From assembly GCA_964016885.1 (NCBI GenBank), contig OZ024742.1, positions 136,958,001 through 137,022,000 on the forward strand: 64,000 nucleotides of DNA, in the 5' to 3' direction. Each line of letters begins with the position of its first letter. Position 1 is the stretch's first letter. The notes below the pieces were generated by a model, which saw only the letters and a list, made by a program, of their open reading frames with translations, had not been told where the DNA came from and ran no database searches. Made by a program: the position numbers and the translations under genes. Below are positions 27,969-43,879 of the stretch, in pieces. This DNA is from Eledone cirrhosa. Taxonomy: Eukaryota.

Positions 27969-28194
27969 TTGAGTGTATGTGTGTTTGGGTATGCTTATCT
28001 GTCTATGTGTATGTCTCCGTCATTGTATATGTGCATGTGTGAGTTAGATATTTTGGAAGTAGACAGCCAAATTGAAAATGTCGACAAGTTATGCGGCTAT
28101 GAATGATACAAATCTCACAAGATGAAATTATATAACGGATTTCTCATAAATACTAAAATTGTTCCAATAAAAACCAATTTCGAGAACAACAACA

Positions 28195-28246
<52 letters not shown>

Positions 28247-28261
28247 ATACTACTACTACTT

Positions 28262-28343
<82 letters not shown>
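28195..28343. repeat. (ACT)n microsatellite
   Basis: Direct reading. Confidence 0.95.
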
Positions 28344-28347
<4 letters not shown>

Positions 28348-30734
28348 GCTGCTGCTTCAAGATCAACAGGAAGCTGTCAAAATCCCAATATACCCTGCAT
28401 TTTCTGCAATAAAACAGGAAATTCACATGAACATGTCGCTAGTTTTGTTTTACTTGAAAACATCGTTTAATGAAGAAGTTGAAATCATTTTATGATTTGG
28501 TCGTAAAGAATAAAAATGGATAGTATACCGAAAGGTTGTCAAACATAACGTAGGAAAATGATATTACTGTGACTGAACCGAGATATGATGATAAAGAACA
28601 CACTCAAAAAGGTAAAGGCACAATACATCAATGCCAACACCAAATACTCTACAACTTTACTCGTTTCCACAAGAAGAAGGAATTGGCAGAGTGCACAAAA
28701 TTTACAGAAAATAATATAGAAACAGGTTGGGTAGGAAAGATCGGGGAATACTCCAAATAACTACAAACATTAGCTTGACCTCTATCGAGGAAACAGCGTC
28801 AGGAATATATAAGATTGAGTGGGGAAATTTTCCCAATGGACTTCGGTTAGTTTAAAAAAACGCAATGCAGGAAATTAAGGTACCTTTTCCGAACAGTGTG
28901 CAAAGAGTAATTAACTGCAGGTAGTAAACTTAGCTGTTTTCATCAACGAATTTCTGTAACTCCTAGTTAAAGATACAAAATTCTGCAAAAAGGCAGGGCC
29001 AGCAGAGGGACTATGGGAAGCTTTGCGTGATAGTATGCTACTTAAATGTTCTAATCGTATCGTCTCCCTTGCGTGTATTTTGCTACACGCAAGAGGGAAG
29101 CATTGCCAGGTCTGTGAACCGTAGCGTGATGAAGAAGAGAAGGAAGAAACAGAAATACCTGGACAACTTGAAAATGTTAAGCAATTAACGCTGCTCAAAA
29201 CATTTGGCAAAGTCGCACCCCAAGAGATTGGCACTTGTCGTTGGTTGTGTTGCCAGAAATATGCAAAAGAGAGTGTTTCTAGTCAAATCTGTATTCGACG
29301 AAGTCCAGCTCATACATCGTAGAACGGGTCTGTTATATATGTGGCTTTGGTTGAACATTGTCAATCATCGTTACTGGGTGGCTTTCCTAAGGACATCTTA
29401 TTTAGGTTCGGCTTTAAGAAGTTGGATCACTGCTAGGTACAGCAGCAAGTAATCTGATATAAAAGAAAATGTTATACTTGACGCATTAAATTCCAGCAGC
29501 TCAGGACTTCAAGGAGGCTCTCTTTTATTTCCTTTAAACCGTTCTGTTTTCGGGCTGCTACTGCAAAAGTACGAGATGCAGTGAGCCATTTCACTCGAAC
29601 TGACATACAAAGAGTTATGTTAGCATATATGTAGGTCACCCCTGTCATGGTATCAGATACCATGGCAATTGAGGCTGTTTTCAGTGACAACAAGAAACGC
29701 ATTTACCTGGACAAATTGGTGGGTGTTCACCTCCGGTTCCGGTGAGGCAATTTAATAAAAGGCAGTAGATTCTTTCTCTGGACAAATTTTGTATTGCATG
29801 TTTTGGCCCTTGTGGCCAATAAAGAAATGATCTTATTTCTATTTAAAAGAAAGTCTTATTATTAGTATGATGTATTTTGTTATAACTTTTTTTTCAAAAC
29901 TAATTCGATATCAAGCGTCTTTACTATTGTTGCTAATATAAAAACAAAATCTTTTATTAACCATCTGCTTTCGATGATTTTCATTAATTCTTCCTTTTCC
30001 TTTTCCCTTATCATCATTTCACTCTTTCATTTAATTTTTATTTTTCTTAATATTTTTATTTTTCTTCTTAAATTCTTCTAGTACCTCATGCTCTCACTCT
30101 TTCAAATAATGGTTTTGTATTCTATTTTTGCAACTCATTTAATGCAAAGAAAATTGCTCAGGTGCTGGATAATGTCGGATAATGTTTCTAAACAGAGACA
30201 TAAATAACAAACACAACACAAAGTTGCTATTTTGGTACTTTTGCCAAATGCGCCGCTATGTCAAGGAAAAGAAAAACAATAAAGGTTTCGAGAAAAATAA
30301 CCATAAAAGCAATCATGCAAACATACATGCAAATACACGCACCTACACACACAGACACATACATGCATACACACATACACACGTACATATATACATACGT
30401 ACGCAAGTACATACATACATATATACATACGTATATACATACATACGTACGTACGTAAGTAAATACATTCATGCATACATACGTAATTACGTAAGTACCT
30501 TCATACATACATACGTACATACAGTGTGGCCATGTACTTGATTTCGAGCAAACAACTTTCATACTGTAGACATCTAAGTTATTTTCTCGGTCATGGGCCC
30601 TTAGATGATTTACTGAATAACTTCTTCTTTTGTAGTATTTTTTCATGTCCGATGTGGTAGGAATTTGGTCAAGGACTTATGTTTACATACATACATATAT
30701 ACATATATAAATACATACTCACATACATACATGT

Positions 30735-31900
30735 GTGCATGATTGTGGAACCATGGACAGCTAATAAGCCCGTCTAGTAGCATATTTATTAATGGGCTTA
30801 CCTTTTTCCTGATATCTACTTAAAAACAAACAGAAACCAATAAAGCAAATATTTATAATCCGTTCAAACAACCTTTGCATCAGCTAACCATCAAGTGTTG
30901 ATGTGGCTACATAGATCAAGTTTGCATACATGAGGCGTCTAAAAACAAAAGATTTAGAAAGGATCTCATTTGGAAATACTTCCTGGTATAATTTCTAGGG
31001 TACACACCAAGAGAAGTTGCACTATTGCGTAACAGATCATTAGACGAAAAGCTGTATAATTATCACCAGAAGGTCACACTTGGCTATGTTGCTGGAACGT
31101 TAGAACGTAATAGTGAAATTGATCATCAAAATATTCTACATTGTATGGATATCACCTCGTACTCTGACGGATATACATTTGTATTAAATGAACAAACAGA
31201 AGGTACCTGATACATAAATGAGGTAGAGATGCAATTAAACTACCTAGGTAAAATAAGCAATGCATATTAAGTTAAGTTAATACTAAGAGTGTCAGCAACA
31301 TCAGCTGTCGGAAAATACATATCATCATGATTTCATCACGTATGTGACCAAACATTGCTTGGTGCAACCTTTAGAAATAATATTGCTGATGAGAACAAGA
31401 TTTAAAAGTGACAGCGATGTAGAAGACATATATTTATGATATAAAACGTTATTAATGAAATGTTCTTATCAATGTCTCAGTAAAATTGCCAGAAATAAGA
31501 ATATAGAAATGTGAAACGAAATTGTGCACGGTAATGGAATTCAGTTGCCCTGCATTTGTTTAACACTTATGAAAGAGAAAACAGGACGAAGTAGTAACGA
31601 CTTTTCAGTAATGTACATGGACAATATAGAATTAGATTTATACATGAAAATATTATATTGCATATACTGCCTCCTCGTTAATTTGAGATGCTGCGCTTCA
31701 TAGAACCTGAAAGGAGACGGCTAATTGATAAATTAAAGCTTCAAGTCATTAAAGGTATTGTGAAGATATGCAAAATATTCAAGAAGTTTGGAATGGAATG
31801 AATGCGCATGTGTAGAATAACAAAACATAAAAATCGACACATTGTATGCTTAATCATATACATACATAATACATACACACATATTTAACTGTTGATTTAC
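30735..31900 (+). pseudogene. Old R4/Dong-like LINE 3' fragment
   Basis: TPREVA..RSLDEKLYNYHQKVTLGYVAG..ID..SDGYTFVLNEQ and KLQVIKGIVKICKIF align with the 48812-51268 element. Confidence 0.75.
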
Positions 31901-32102
31901 ATAAAACTGGAAACGGTGGAAGTTTCCAAGAAAGTCAAAGCAAACCAATTCACATCGTCGAAATCTAATCAATTAGATGTAAAGTAAAATTTGTAAGACA
32001 TTCAGAATATTCTCCATTAAAGTTTCCTGGAAGGAATAAATGCACAAGAGCCAGTTAGATTTGATTTGTCATTAAGTCTTGCAATACACAACTCTCAAAA
32101 TA

Positions 32103-32285
32103 ATAATACTTTTGGTGCAAGGCCAGCAATTACCCCAGCGCATTACTGGTGTTTTATTTTATCGACCTCGTAACGATGAAAGGCAAAGTTAACCTCGACG
32201 GGATTTGAAATTAGAAGGTAAAGGGTCATAACACTATGTTGAAAAGCATGGTGTCTGGTGCTCTATCGATACTGTCAATACACGA
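32103..32285 (-). mobile_element. SINE
   Basis: Reverse complement of the 9471 family. Confidence 0.8.
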
Positions 32286-32349
32286 ATGATAATGATAATA
32301 ATAATAATGCTTTCTTTATTAGCTACACAGGGCTCACGTTAACGAGACA

Positions 32350-33230
32350 TTAAAGACGGTACATGACAATAGAGTGTGGGTTTTTTTTTTCGATCTTCAG
32401 TATGGTCTCAGTCAATAGCCGAATCAGACTTACACTCAACAACAGCTGTTCGACATATTTCCACAAATCTGTAATGCACGGATAGTGGACTAGTGCGTGA
32501 AGAACGGTTTCGTCGCTCTGAGCATGTGTCGGACAGGTCCGTTTAGCAGCACATCCGCCCCTGTAGAGTTTATCTTGAACCGGCAGTTTTCCCCCGGCAG
32601 CACTGCCAAGCAAAGGATATTTGAAATTATCCATAGTCCCCATTTCGAAAGTCCTCAGGAACAGACTGGTCAGTTCGATTTCGTCGACGCCCAGAGCCTC
32701 TACGAGTGTGTCGTCGCACTTACTCGCCACTAATCCTCTATAAATTTTAAGAGTGGAATTTCCACTGACCTCATTTCCCATCTGGTGATAAGCAGTGAGT
32801 ACCTGGCAACATTCCAGATACCAGGCGCCCATTCTCGGTCTCTTCTTGACCCAGAACGGCAAGTCAGTCAAAGAGATGAGCTGCAGAATGGTCTGTCTCA
32901 CAAACGGCAATAACACCTGTTCACCATTTAAGATTGTCTGAAGATGCCTTAGACTCAGTCCGTGCTTACGCATTATCAGCCACGGCATGCACTTTAATGA
33001 ATACCGGGTCCGACAACTTTCGGGAAAATAAAATTAACAAGGTTAATGGAAATTCACATAAACTGGAACAAAAAGTAGAGGTAACTGACGTAAGAATAAA
33101 TAAATTACAACAGAATTCCCTAACAGCGAGGGCAAGATACAGGGCTAATTAAAGAATCGCACACATCCGAAATAACACTGATAATGAAAAATACCACCGA
33201 CAAGTGCCCCTCTCTCATCCATTCTGTCAA
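32350..33230 (-). pseudogene. L1/Tx1-like LINE C-terminal fragment
   Basis: RGTCRWYFSLSV, MPWL, KLPVQDKL..TCP...DETVLHALVHYP..LW zinc-knuckle-like end; related to 14390-15610. Confidence 0.75.
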
Positions 33231-33686
33231 GCCTACTGTATGATTAGAGTACTGTATGATTAGAGTACTGTATGATTAGAGTACAATTATTCTCGCTATA
33301 TTCACTCGGGTCAATCTCGCTACATTCATTCCACCTTTTTAACAAATATAGTGAAAGAGGCGCAGTTACCCCTCTAAGTGGAAAGTTTTTGACGATGATC
33401 ACGGCCTAAAAATTTGGAGATAGCCTCTAGTTGGTTAAATCGACACCAGAGATTGGACAGTTAATTAGATAGATGTAACTATACAACACACGAGCAATAA
33501 GGCCACCACTCTAGTGAATCTGCCAATCCACAAGCTTCTTATTAGTTTTACTACTAATCTAAATACATTTCCGCATCGCTTTTTATTGATTAGTTCATTT
33601 GACTTGCTAAAAATGTAAGATTATTGACTTTTGCATCTGTTTACTTTTCATCAGTTTTATCTTCTTTCGTCGGGCAGTTGTTTTAA

Positions 33687-33770
<84 letters not shown>

Positions 33771-34000
33771 TGTGAGAGAGAGAGAGAGAGAGTGAGTGAG
33801 CGAGTGAGAGAGCGAAATAGAGAGGGAGAGAGAGTGAGAGTGAAAGAGAGAAATAAATAAAATAAAAATATCAGATCAGATAAGACAAAACAGTAATGGA
33901 AAAAACAATGAATACACACACACACACGCACACACTCATGCATATACACATACATGAATAAACTTACACATACACACACAAGAACCCACTTACACAGACA

Positions 34001-34065
<65 letters not shown>

Positions 34066-34520
34066 CTGTGTGTGTGGACTTGAGAATGCATACTCAATGC
34101 CAAAGTAGAGTATAAATGTTCATTTATCATGGCTAAGTTGTGAGCAGTGTTACTTTGGAGTTTCACCGGCGCACTCACTCAGAGGATCATAAGAACTACA
34201 GGGATCATCCAGACTGTAATCAATACTACGTTAGGAATTCTTGTATTACTGACTGCTCTCCTTAACTGTCCATAGCGACAGAGATTATATATCCAATACT
34301 ACAAAGGGATTAAGTAAATCGGATTGCCTGGTTGGCATATATAATGCATTCTTTGCAGCTGATTTGATTAATAAATTATTGGTGCGTTAAAAATCTTTGT
34401 TTTTAGGCTACAATCTATATCTATAGTACACACACACACAGAGGTGCCCGAGCACATGCGCACAAACACACAGGTGCACGAGCACGCACCAATGCACGCA
34501 CACACACACACACACACACA

Positions 34521-34598
<78 letters not shown>

Positions 34599-35439
34599 TA
34601 GTCTTGATAGAGCTCCACTAGCACAGAACGGGTTGCAGGTGGCGGATAGCCTTACGGCCACCAGATATGATGGTTAGTTTTGATATAAGCGGGCTACTGC
34701 CTGAACGAATAATAAATTCCGGAACAAGAGTAAACTATAACTTTTAGCACGAAAGAAAACTTAGTAATGTAGCTACGAGGAGGCAAGTAATAGCCGCCTC
34801 TAGAAATGTCTTATCTTTGCGGATCAGATAAATGTACCAAATTGGTTATTTGTGTGAATGAGACCACCAAAGTGCTGCGAGAACTGGTGATGGGCCAGCG
34901 ACCTGTCGTGGGAGGCGTTTGATGGAAGTACGAATGTTACGAATTCCGAAACCACAGAGAGTTTCCAGAAAGGAGCAAACCTTCACAATTCGTAACTAAA
35001 ATGTGACAACCCTTACAAGTAAGAAGCAGGAAATATTGAAGTAGTCCAGATACTACCGGCTAGATATAGTGGGGGTTTTCTCAACAAAGTCCCGTGACTC
35101 TGTAGATTTGGGTAGAGGATGGAAACTTCACTATTCAGGTGTGGCGCTAGAAAAGACTGCACAGATCGGAATGGAGCTGCTTTCAAACCCCGGCTATGAG
35201 AATATATTATGAACTGTATTCCACTGGGAGAGCGGATTTGCCTCTTGAATGTTTGGCTGAAAAAAAGTCTATGTGAGTGGTGCAAGTATATGAGCCTAAA
35301 AGTGAGAATTAAGAGAGATCCTCTCTTGATGAAGTCATTACAGCTTTAAATGTAGTAAAGACAGCGTCATATATCCTAAACAGAAACTTCAATGCATATA
35401 AATAAATAAAAATAAAAACACACACATACCCGGATATAA

Positions 35440-35750
35440 CGCACGCGCAAAACAAATACACAGCACATAACACACTAAAACAAGATGGTGTAGGATAGAA
35501 CAAAGGAGAGATACAAAATAACAAATCAGTCACTGAGGAGGTCACCGAATGTGTGACGAAAGAGCTATGACAATAAATAAACAACCATCCGGTTATTGAA
35601 TCAACCAACCGGAAATGTGTAATAAATTGAAGTGAAAACCAACAAGTGCATGTGTTTTTGTTGGCTGCATGACTCCCCAAAGTATAACAATATCTGTTTC
35701 AACACACGTTTTCAGATAAGAAATCTTGCAAAAGAAATTCAAATATGAAG
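35440..35750 (+). mobile_element. Family A element
   Basis: Matches 232-530. Confidence 0.8.
35529..35571 (+). ncRNA. Minimal type I hammerhead (family A)
   Basis: GTCA-CTGAGGA-g-GTCAC cgaatgt GTGAC-GAAA-GAGC-TA-TGAC. Confidence 0.8.
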
Positions 35751-35756
35751 TATATA

Positions 35757-35955
35757 TGTGCTTTCTTTTTGCTTGATTTTCCCAGTCTTCCTTTTTCTAG
35801 TCTGTCTATTTACTTCTATCTCTTGAATTGTGCTTGTGTCGCCCAAAGAAGGACTAGCCCCCGAAAAACTAAAGTTGTTCTCCAACTCTCTCAGGCGTTA
35901 AAATAATGTAACATTATTGAATTGATTTCATGTAATATTGTTTCTCGTTTCCTTT
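35757..35955 (+). mobile_element. Family G element (inverted partner at 37770-37968) with decayed hammerhead
   Basis: ~200 bp reverse-complementary to 37770-37968; CCAAAGA-aggactagccccc-GAAA. Confidence 0.7.
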
Positions 35956-35968
35956 AGTAGTATATATA

Positions 35969-36153
<185 letters not shown>

Positions 36154-36509
36154 ATATTCGTCGGTTAAGTGCCGAAAACTCAGCTTCGTACATTGTTTGT
36201 TTTCATATGGATGTTTATCTGTCAGTCTGCCTGCCTTCTGATATCTAAAAGCTGTTGTCCAGTTATCTAGTTACAGAGACGAAGGGGAATATTTCAGAGC
36301 TCCTTAGATTAATGCTTAAAACGTCTAACCAGAATCTGGTATATTTGCATATATCATGCACGACGCCTCATCATGCACGATAGCAACTTCTTTTTCCGTC
36401 TTTTATAAGCTGCCTTCATAGCATCTCTGTGCTTGACTACATCCCTTATACTTATACTTATATATATATCGAGCCCTCTTCGGACTTTAGTCTTCACATT
36501 TATTATTAT

Positions 36510-37385
<876 letters not shown>

Positions 37386-37403
37386 TATATATGTATATAT
37401 TTT

Positions 37404-37769
<366 letters not shown>

Positions 37770-37968
37770 CAAAAGAAACGAGAAAAATATTACATGAAAC
37801 CAATTCAATAATGTTACATTATTTTACGCCTGAGAGAGTTGGACAACAGCTTTAGTTTTTCGGGGGGTTAGTCCTTCTTTGGGCGACACAAGCACAATTC
37901 AAGAGATAGAAGTAAATAGACAGACTAGAAAAAGGAAGAGTGGGAAAATGAAGCAAAAAGAAAGCACA
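37770..37968 (-). mobile_element. Family G element
   Basis: Reverse complement of 35757-35955. Confidence 0.7.
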
Positions 37969-38614
37969 TTTTATTGTTAGTGAACCAGACACACTCTCAC
38001 ACACACGCACATAGGAACATACAAGCTCATATAAACACATATGTAAGTATAATTTGTGTGTGATTGAGAGAGAAAGAAAGAGAAAGAGAGAGTGCGTATG
38101 TTTGTGTATGTGTGTCTAAATGTATACATATCTGTTCTATCTCAATGAATTTAAAGAGTGATCCTGTTACAAGTATGTAGCTAGTTTCTCAATAATGGAA
38201 TAATGGAAAATATTTATGTCTATCAGTTATGATTGAAGAGATGGTGAACAATGATTTATTCCTAAACTATTTTCTATAATACATTCAACGCAAGTCAGCA
38301 CAGAGAATAATTTAAGACGAAACACAAAAAATCCCTTTGAACTTTTTACAAATGCTAGAGCTCGCAATCTTGCTTGACCTTTCATGTCAGCCACAAATCT
38401 ATGGTTTAGCCAATACTCTATCTTAAAAACTTGCCTTCCATTTCTAGCCAAGAATTAATTCACTTTAGTGCTGATAAGTTGCTTACAGTCTACATGAGTG
38501 AAGTGCGGTACTAATTAAGGTATTATTGTTGTTGTTGATTTTTAAAGCCAAAATGAGTCCCGACTGAACAGAATTTTGATTTGAAGCTTACCATAGATCA
38601 TTGTGGAATCGCAG

Positions 38615-38656
<42 letters not shown>

Positions 38657-38659
<3 letters not shown>

Positions 38660-38855
38660 CGTTTCTGAATTTGTTTAGCAAGATTCTTTATCTGAAATCG
38701 TGTGTTGAAACCGATATTGTTATACTTTGGGAGGGTCATGTTGCCAATAAGAAACACACGCACCAGTTGCTTTCACTTCAATTTATTATTATAATAAATT
38801 TATAATAAATTTATAAATTTATAAATTTCTGGTTGGTTGGTTGGTTCCACAACCA
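38657..38855 (-). mobile_element. Family A 3' fragment in (TA)n
   Basis: Reverse complement of ~350-530. Confidence 0.8.
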
Positions 38856-38879
38856 TATATATATATATATATATATATA

Positions 38880-39411
38880 GTAATAATAATAAATTTGAAG
38901 ACTAAAATCCAAAGGGGGCTCGATAAGGATAAATATATATCAAATATATAAGAACCGTAGACCAAATATTTATTAAAATAACAGATTAAAGTTTAAGCAA
39001 AGAATCGCTGCTTTCACCCTTAACGGGATCTTCTGAAACTAACAAAGTCAATCTGTAAACGCAGAACTGGATATTTCAAAAAACGTTGCAACCGGAGGAA
39101 GACAGGAAGACGATACTTTGGTTCGTGGAAACGTTCGCTGGCGAAGAACGGGAAAAAGCGAATAATACGTCATTAATAGGAGCGGTGAAAATTATTTACG
39201 CGCAAAGACAGAACCACGTTTATGGTATAAAAGAGGTCCTTCGCCAGCGAACGTTTCCACGAACCAAAGTATCGTCTTCCTGTCTTCCTCCGGTTGCAAC
39301 GTTTTTTGAAATATCCAGTTCTGCGTTTACAGATTGACTTTGTTAGTTTCAAAAGATCCCGTTAAGGGTGAAAGCAGCGATTCTTTGCTTAAACTTTAAT
39401 CTGTTATTTTA

Positions 39412-39418
<7 letters not shown>
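38880..39418 (-). mobile_element. Family C fold-back element
   Basis: 39240-39418 is the reverse complement of ~38966-39145; (TA)n on both sides. Confidence 0.85.
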
Positions 39419-39479
<61 letters not shown>

Positions 39480-39617
39480 AAATTAACTATAGCTTTGTAG
39501 AATTAGCTTTTAATGAATTCCCTTTTCTATCAACCAATGACCTGCACCCATCCCACTCCCCACCCTCTCCTACCACTTGTAGAGACCTATAAATACCATA
39601 TTTATTTTTTGATACCC

Positions 39618-39668
39618 AGATTCCTGATGATTTCTAATGAATGAAACAGTTCTAGTCCTGTAGAATCT
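39618..39668 (+). ncRNA. Type I hammerhead in TA-flanked element (~39472-39685)
   Basis: AGATTC-CTGATGA-tTTC taat GAAt-GAAA-CAG ttctagtc CTG-TA-GAATCT; a related 3' half lies at ~5832-5868 (-). Confidence 0.85.
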
Positions 39669-39680
39669 CATCTATATTAA

Positions 39681-39731
<51 letters not shown>

Positions 39732-39734
<3 letters not shown>

Positions 39735-39935
39735 CGAAGGAAATGTGGTAAGGAACCAGGTGGACCATAACGCACCAAAGTACTCAATACTTGGGGTAGT
39801 AGAGTGGGTAATAGGAACCAGTAAGACCCCGACGGTTGAGCTCAAGCCGTTTCGACGGCTAATTCTGGACTAAAATTTGAGTCCAGAATTAGCCGTCGAA
39901 ACGGCTTGAGCTCAGCCGTCGGGGTCTTACTGGTT

Positions 39936-39938
<3 letters not shown>
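39732..39938 (-). mobile_element. Family B fold-back element
   Basis: 39811-39871 is inverted against 39880-39940. Confidence 0.85.
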
Positions 39939-39988
<50 letters not shown>

Positions 39989-40029
39989 GATATTAACAAA
40001 TGGAAACTATATTTATAAAACCATATTTA

Positions 40030-40090
40030 TTTCATTATACATATTTCAAGTATACCAAGTTAAATTATGGTATGCCTTCATCAGACAAAA
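40030..40090 (-). ncRNA. Type I hammerhead in solo PLE terminus (39988-40150), same family as 17727
   Basis: TTTTGT-CTGATGA-AGGCATACCA..TGGTATACTT-GAAA-TATGTA-TA-ATGAAA; terminal sequence is shared with 17680-17730 and 9092-9145. Confidence 0.75.
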
Positions 40091-40171
40091 TACAATATAT
40101 ACCAGTTTTATAGATAAACATTGACGTACCCTTTCAAAATGCGACCGTTAGTTTTGGAAGACATCAGGATA

Positions 40172-40224
<53 letters not shown>

Positions 40225-40563
40225 TCTATATTATCAAATGTGATATTTCTTTATTAAGTGCATATGGTGATATTTGAGAGTAATTTAGCTACTGTATCTA
40301 ACATGCTGAATTGCCATATTGAGGTTTACTCTTTGCCTTGTAACGTTGCTAGTGTTTATTTCTAGTTAATTTATTTATACTGTAGTACAAGGATAAACAT
40401 TTGACTCAATGGGAATGGCAGGAGTGATTGGCTGAAGAAATCACAATTCCATAGGAAATAAAGTGAAAACCAACAAAATATCCCCTGGGTCCACGTGGTG
40501 CTCTCAAACCAGGCGACTGAATGAAGTCCGACAAAGCATTGATGGCAAACTTTGTTAAAAAAC

Positions 40564-40565
<2 letters not shown>

Positions 40566-40594
<29 letters not shown>

Positions 40595-40930
40595 CTTCTT
40601 CTTCTTCTTCTTCTTCTTCTTCTTCTTCTTCTTCTTCTTCTTCTTCTTCTTCTTCTTCTTCTTCTTCTTCTTCTTCTTCTTCTTCTTCTTCTTCTTCTTC
40701 TTTGCTCACATGTTACTAGGATTGTTGTGGATCAAGAGTCCTCAATCACACATCTATCTCTGATCGATCAAGCTGAATTCCCCAGCGAGACCAACCGAGC
40801 ACATGGATATTAGCCAGCCCTTTTACTCGTGGTCTCCTGCCGGTTGATTTTTGCCCATAAAAATCTGAACAAGTGTCCGTAATATCGCAGCTGTGATCTC
40901 TCAATTCGGAGAAGTAGCAACTTCCTGATA
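40566..40930 (-). mobile_element. RTE-like 3' fragment with long (GAA)n tail
   Basis: (TTC)n at 40566-40700; GQKSTGRRPR motif; similar to 8040-8450. Confidence 0.6.
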
Positions 40931-40971
40931 TCCATCGTTTGTTGACATGCATTATAGTTTTTGTTGATAAA

Positions 40972-41150
40972 GGGCGGTGGATCGGTAGTATCGGTGGAGG
41001 GTCGGACGCCATGCTTTGCGGCCCTTTATGATCTGAGTTCAAATCCCGCCGAGGTTAAATTTGCCTTTCATCCTTACGGGGTCGATCAAATAAAGTACCA
41101 GTAATGTACTTGGATAATTGCTGGCCTTGTGCCAAAAGTAGAAACAATTA
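40972..41150 (+). mobile_element. SINE
   Basis: 9471 family. Confidence 0.85.
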
Positions 41151-42974
41151 TACTTTTTGTTGTGTTGCCATAGCAGATCTATGGTAGAAAACATTTTATA
41201 CGTCTTCTATTCTCGGCCTCAAGTTCTATATTAGCTAACATGGAAAGGTAAGGGCACTTACCGTCAGCTAGACATAGTGGCACCGCCTTGATACAGGGTC
41301 AATCTTGCTGGTCTTAAACCTAATGAAGCTTATCTCTCTCAAAGCCTGTACCAAGCCAATTTCTTCCATAGAGAGGGGGTGGGGGCTGGATGAGAGAGAG
41401 AAAGGAGGAGAGCGAGGTGAGTGAGAGAAAGTGACAGAAGGTAAGAAATTCGACCCCAATACTGGATTGGAACTGTATTTATCAACCTCGAAATTATGAG
41501 AGGCAAAGTTGACATCAGCAGGATATTATCTCAGAGCACCCTAACAATTTACCTATTCAATGCTTACATTCAGTATAATCTTCTTTGTTTATACTCATCA
41601 CACACCTCGTCATTGGTTTATATTGGGAGTATTGTTTAGATTTATTATGTTTTGGACCTATTCTCAAGGCTATGAAAACAGTTTTTGTTATTGTTGAATC
41701 AGAAGGAATTGATAGAATTGTTAGAGCATCGGATTAAATTGTTTGGTATTTATTCCGGATCATTGTGCACCTAGTTAAACTTTGCCTTTCATAATTTTGA
41801 AGGCAATAATTTACCAGAACACTATTAGGACTGATTTTTTCTTCTATTTCTCTTTTCCAGTGTCTCTTTTCTTTTTCTTGAAGAAATCGACGGTGTTCAG
41901 GCGTGAAGAGTGGTGGGATCCTCGAGGATAATAATGCCCATGACATGCCGTGTGTCAGGACAACGCTACGAATTAATTTGAAGTTAAAAGCAATTCACAT
42001 TTAATGAGGGAAGCCAGTGATCATAACTACCCTTTTCAGAGTTTCACATCGACTTCAGAAAGATAAAAGGCTCAGTTAAGCTTGTCGCGATTTGATCTCA
42101 AAACGCTTGTATCTTTAATATATACGATTAGACATTTCACCCGTCAGGTAACAACCCCGGACATATTTCTCCTTTATATACTATCCTTAGCAGATACATA
42201 GTTACAGTAAATTACTGGCTTGAGAGACAAGGATTCTCTAACCAAATATAGAATGGAAACATAGCAGAATGATTAAGAAGTAAGCTTTGCAATCATGAGA
42301 CCCTGAACTTGTGAATTACACTATGAGTAAACGTGTCTATGCAATAATCTACTACCTATACATTAACTCTTTGAGTTGTCAGGGCGTCAATTTAAATGCC
42401 TCTCTGGACTCTAGGCTCTAATTTCAAATCACGCATTCTAGTGTCAATACAAATATACCAGTGCAGACAAAGCTGGGCGGAGAAAGACAAAGAATATTCA
42501 AGTTTACAAATATGTTTTGGTTTTAAAAGCTTATACATTATTTTAAAATACTTTTTCTATTTATTTCATTATTTTATTTTTAATAGATATCATCAGTAAA
42601 CGTGTTTAAACACAGTTGGATGCGAAATTTGTTTGCGCACCAGAGGTTTGTCCCGTCTGATTTACTCAAACTTTCTATTGCCTCGGCTATCTTTAACGCA
42701 ATCTCGACGTAATTCAACTCCTAACAACAACGTTTTTTTCAAATCCACCCGTATCCCCTCTTTCTCTCCATCTTCTCACCCTGTCTTTTAAGCTCTTAAG
42801 CAATAAAGCTTCGTAATATCAATATCTTTCACTATCTACATTTAATTCTTGAAGTTCCTTACACATTTAAGCCTAGATTAATATATGCCTCAAGTATTTG
42901 TCATCCACAAAAAACATTTACCAGCTGGTCTTACCCTATCAACAAACTTTTGCTTCCTATACTCTCTCTCCCTC

Positions 42975-43007
<33 letters not shown>

Positions 43008-43879
43008 TGCCTACAAAAATACACGCACACAGCGGCACAAACACATATAGATAATTTTCTTTTTTGGGATAATGATGATTTTGATAGTGATGATTATAAT
43101 CATGGTGATGACGTGTTTGTCTTGGAATTTCGTTGCTGCGGTTGCTGGCAACATGAGTGTAGAAGTTTTACTCATCACGTGAGCAAGGGCGGTGTCATGC
43201 TCATGTTGGCATAAGAGCGGTGGGTGGCATAATCTCTAGTGTGTCTCACACCATATCTTAAGTTATTCACTTTTTCAAGCAGACCTATCATCGAAAGCAT
43301 TCCAACTATGACCAACCCATCCTTCATTCAAACATAATATTTCCCCGATTTATCCAATGTGTTCATTTATAGAAGGACCGTGTGTGATTTAAAGGTAATT
43401 TGACGGCTATATCCTGCAGGTAGAATGTTATTCTGTTATGTCCATTCACTGCATTCTGACATTAAATCCCACAAGTTAAAATAATTAAGAGTAATATATT
43501 AGTTAACACCACAACTTGAAGCAAAATGAATGTTTCTGTGTCTGTGTTAGATATTAGTTATGTTATTGCTTATTGTTACCGAATAAAAGGGTAGCAGATT
43601 CAACATAAAGTGCATTGGGTTACGTATTTTATTGTATTGTTTTGATAAAATAAAATAAAAATTGTATAGTTAATATGAAGCATTGTGAGATATGTTTTAA
43701 AAGTCTCATAAGTTTTAAAAGGCCGTCACAATGCGGTAGAATCACTTAAAAGGACAAGGAGTACACACACCCCTGAAGCAGCATAGGCGATCTAAAGCTG
43801 CCACATTTTAATGAAAAGCGGCAACTGCCGTCAGACGAGCCATTCTTAGGTAGGGCCCTCACTGAGGAGACTGCTCCAC

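Noticed and set aside
28400-29460. Possible decayed DNA transposase (LVVGCVARNMQKR resembles P/THAP9 C-termini)
   Set aside because: Only one weak motif, many stops and no terminal inverted repeats found; needs tblastn.
33235-33285. 3 x 16-bp repeat (TACTGTATGATTAGAG) as CRISPR-like
   Set aside because: No spacers and a eukaryotic context; a simple tandem duplication.
34600-34740. RTE 5'-leader or HDV-like ribozyme
   Set aside because: Only loose resemblance; the nested pseudoknot could not be built by eye.
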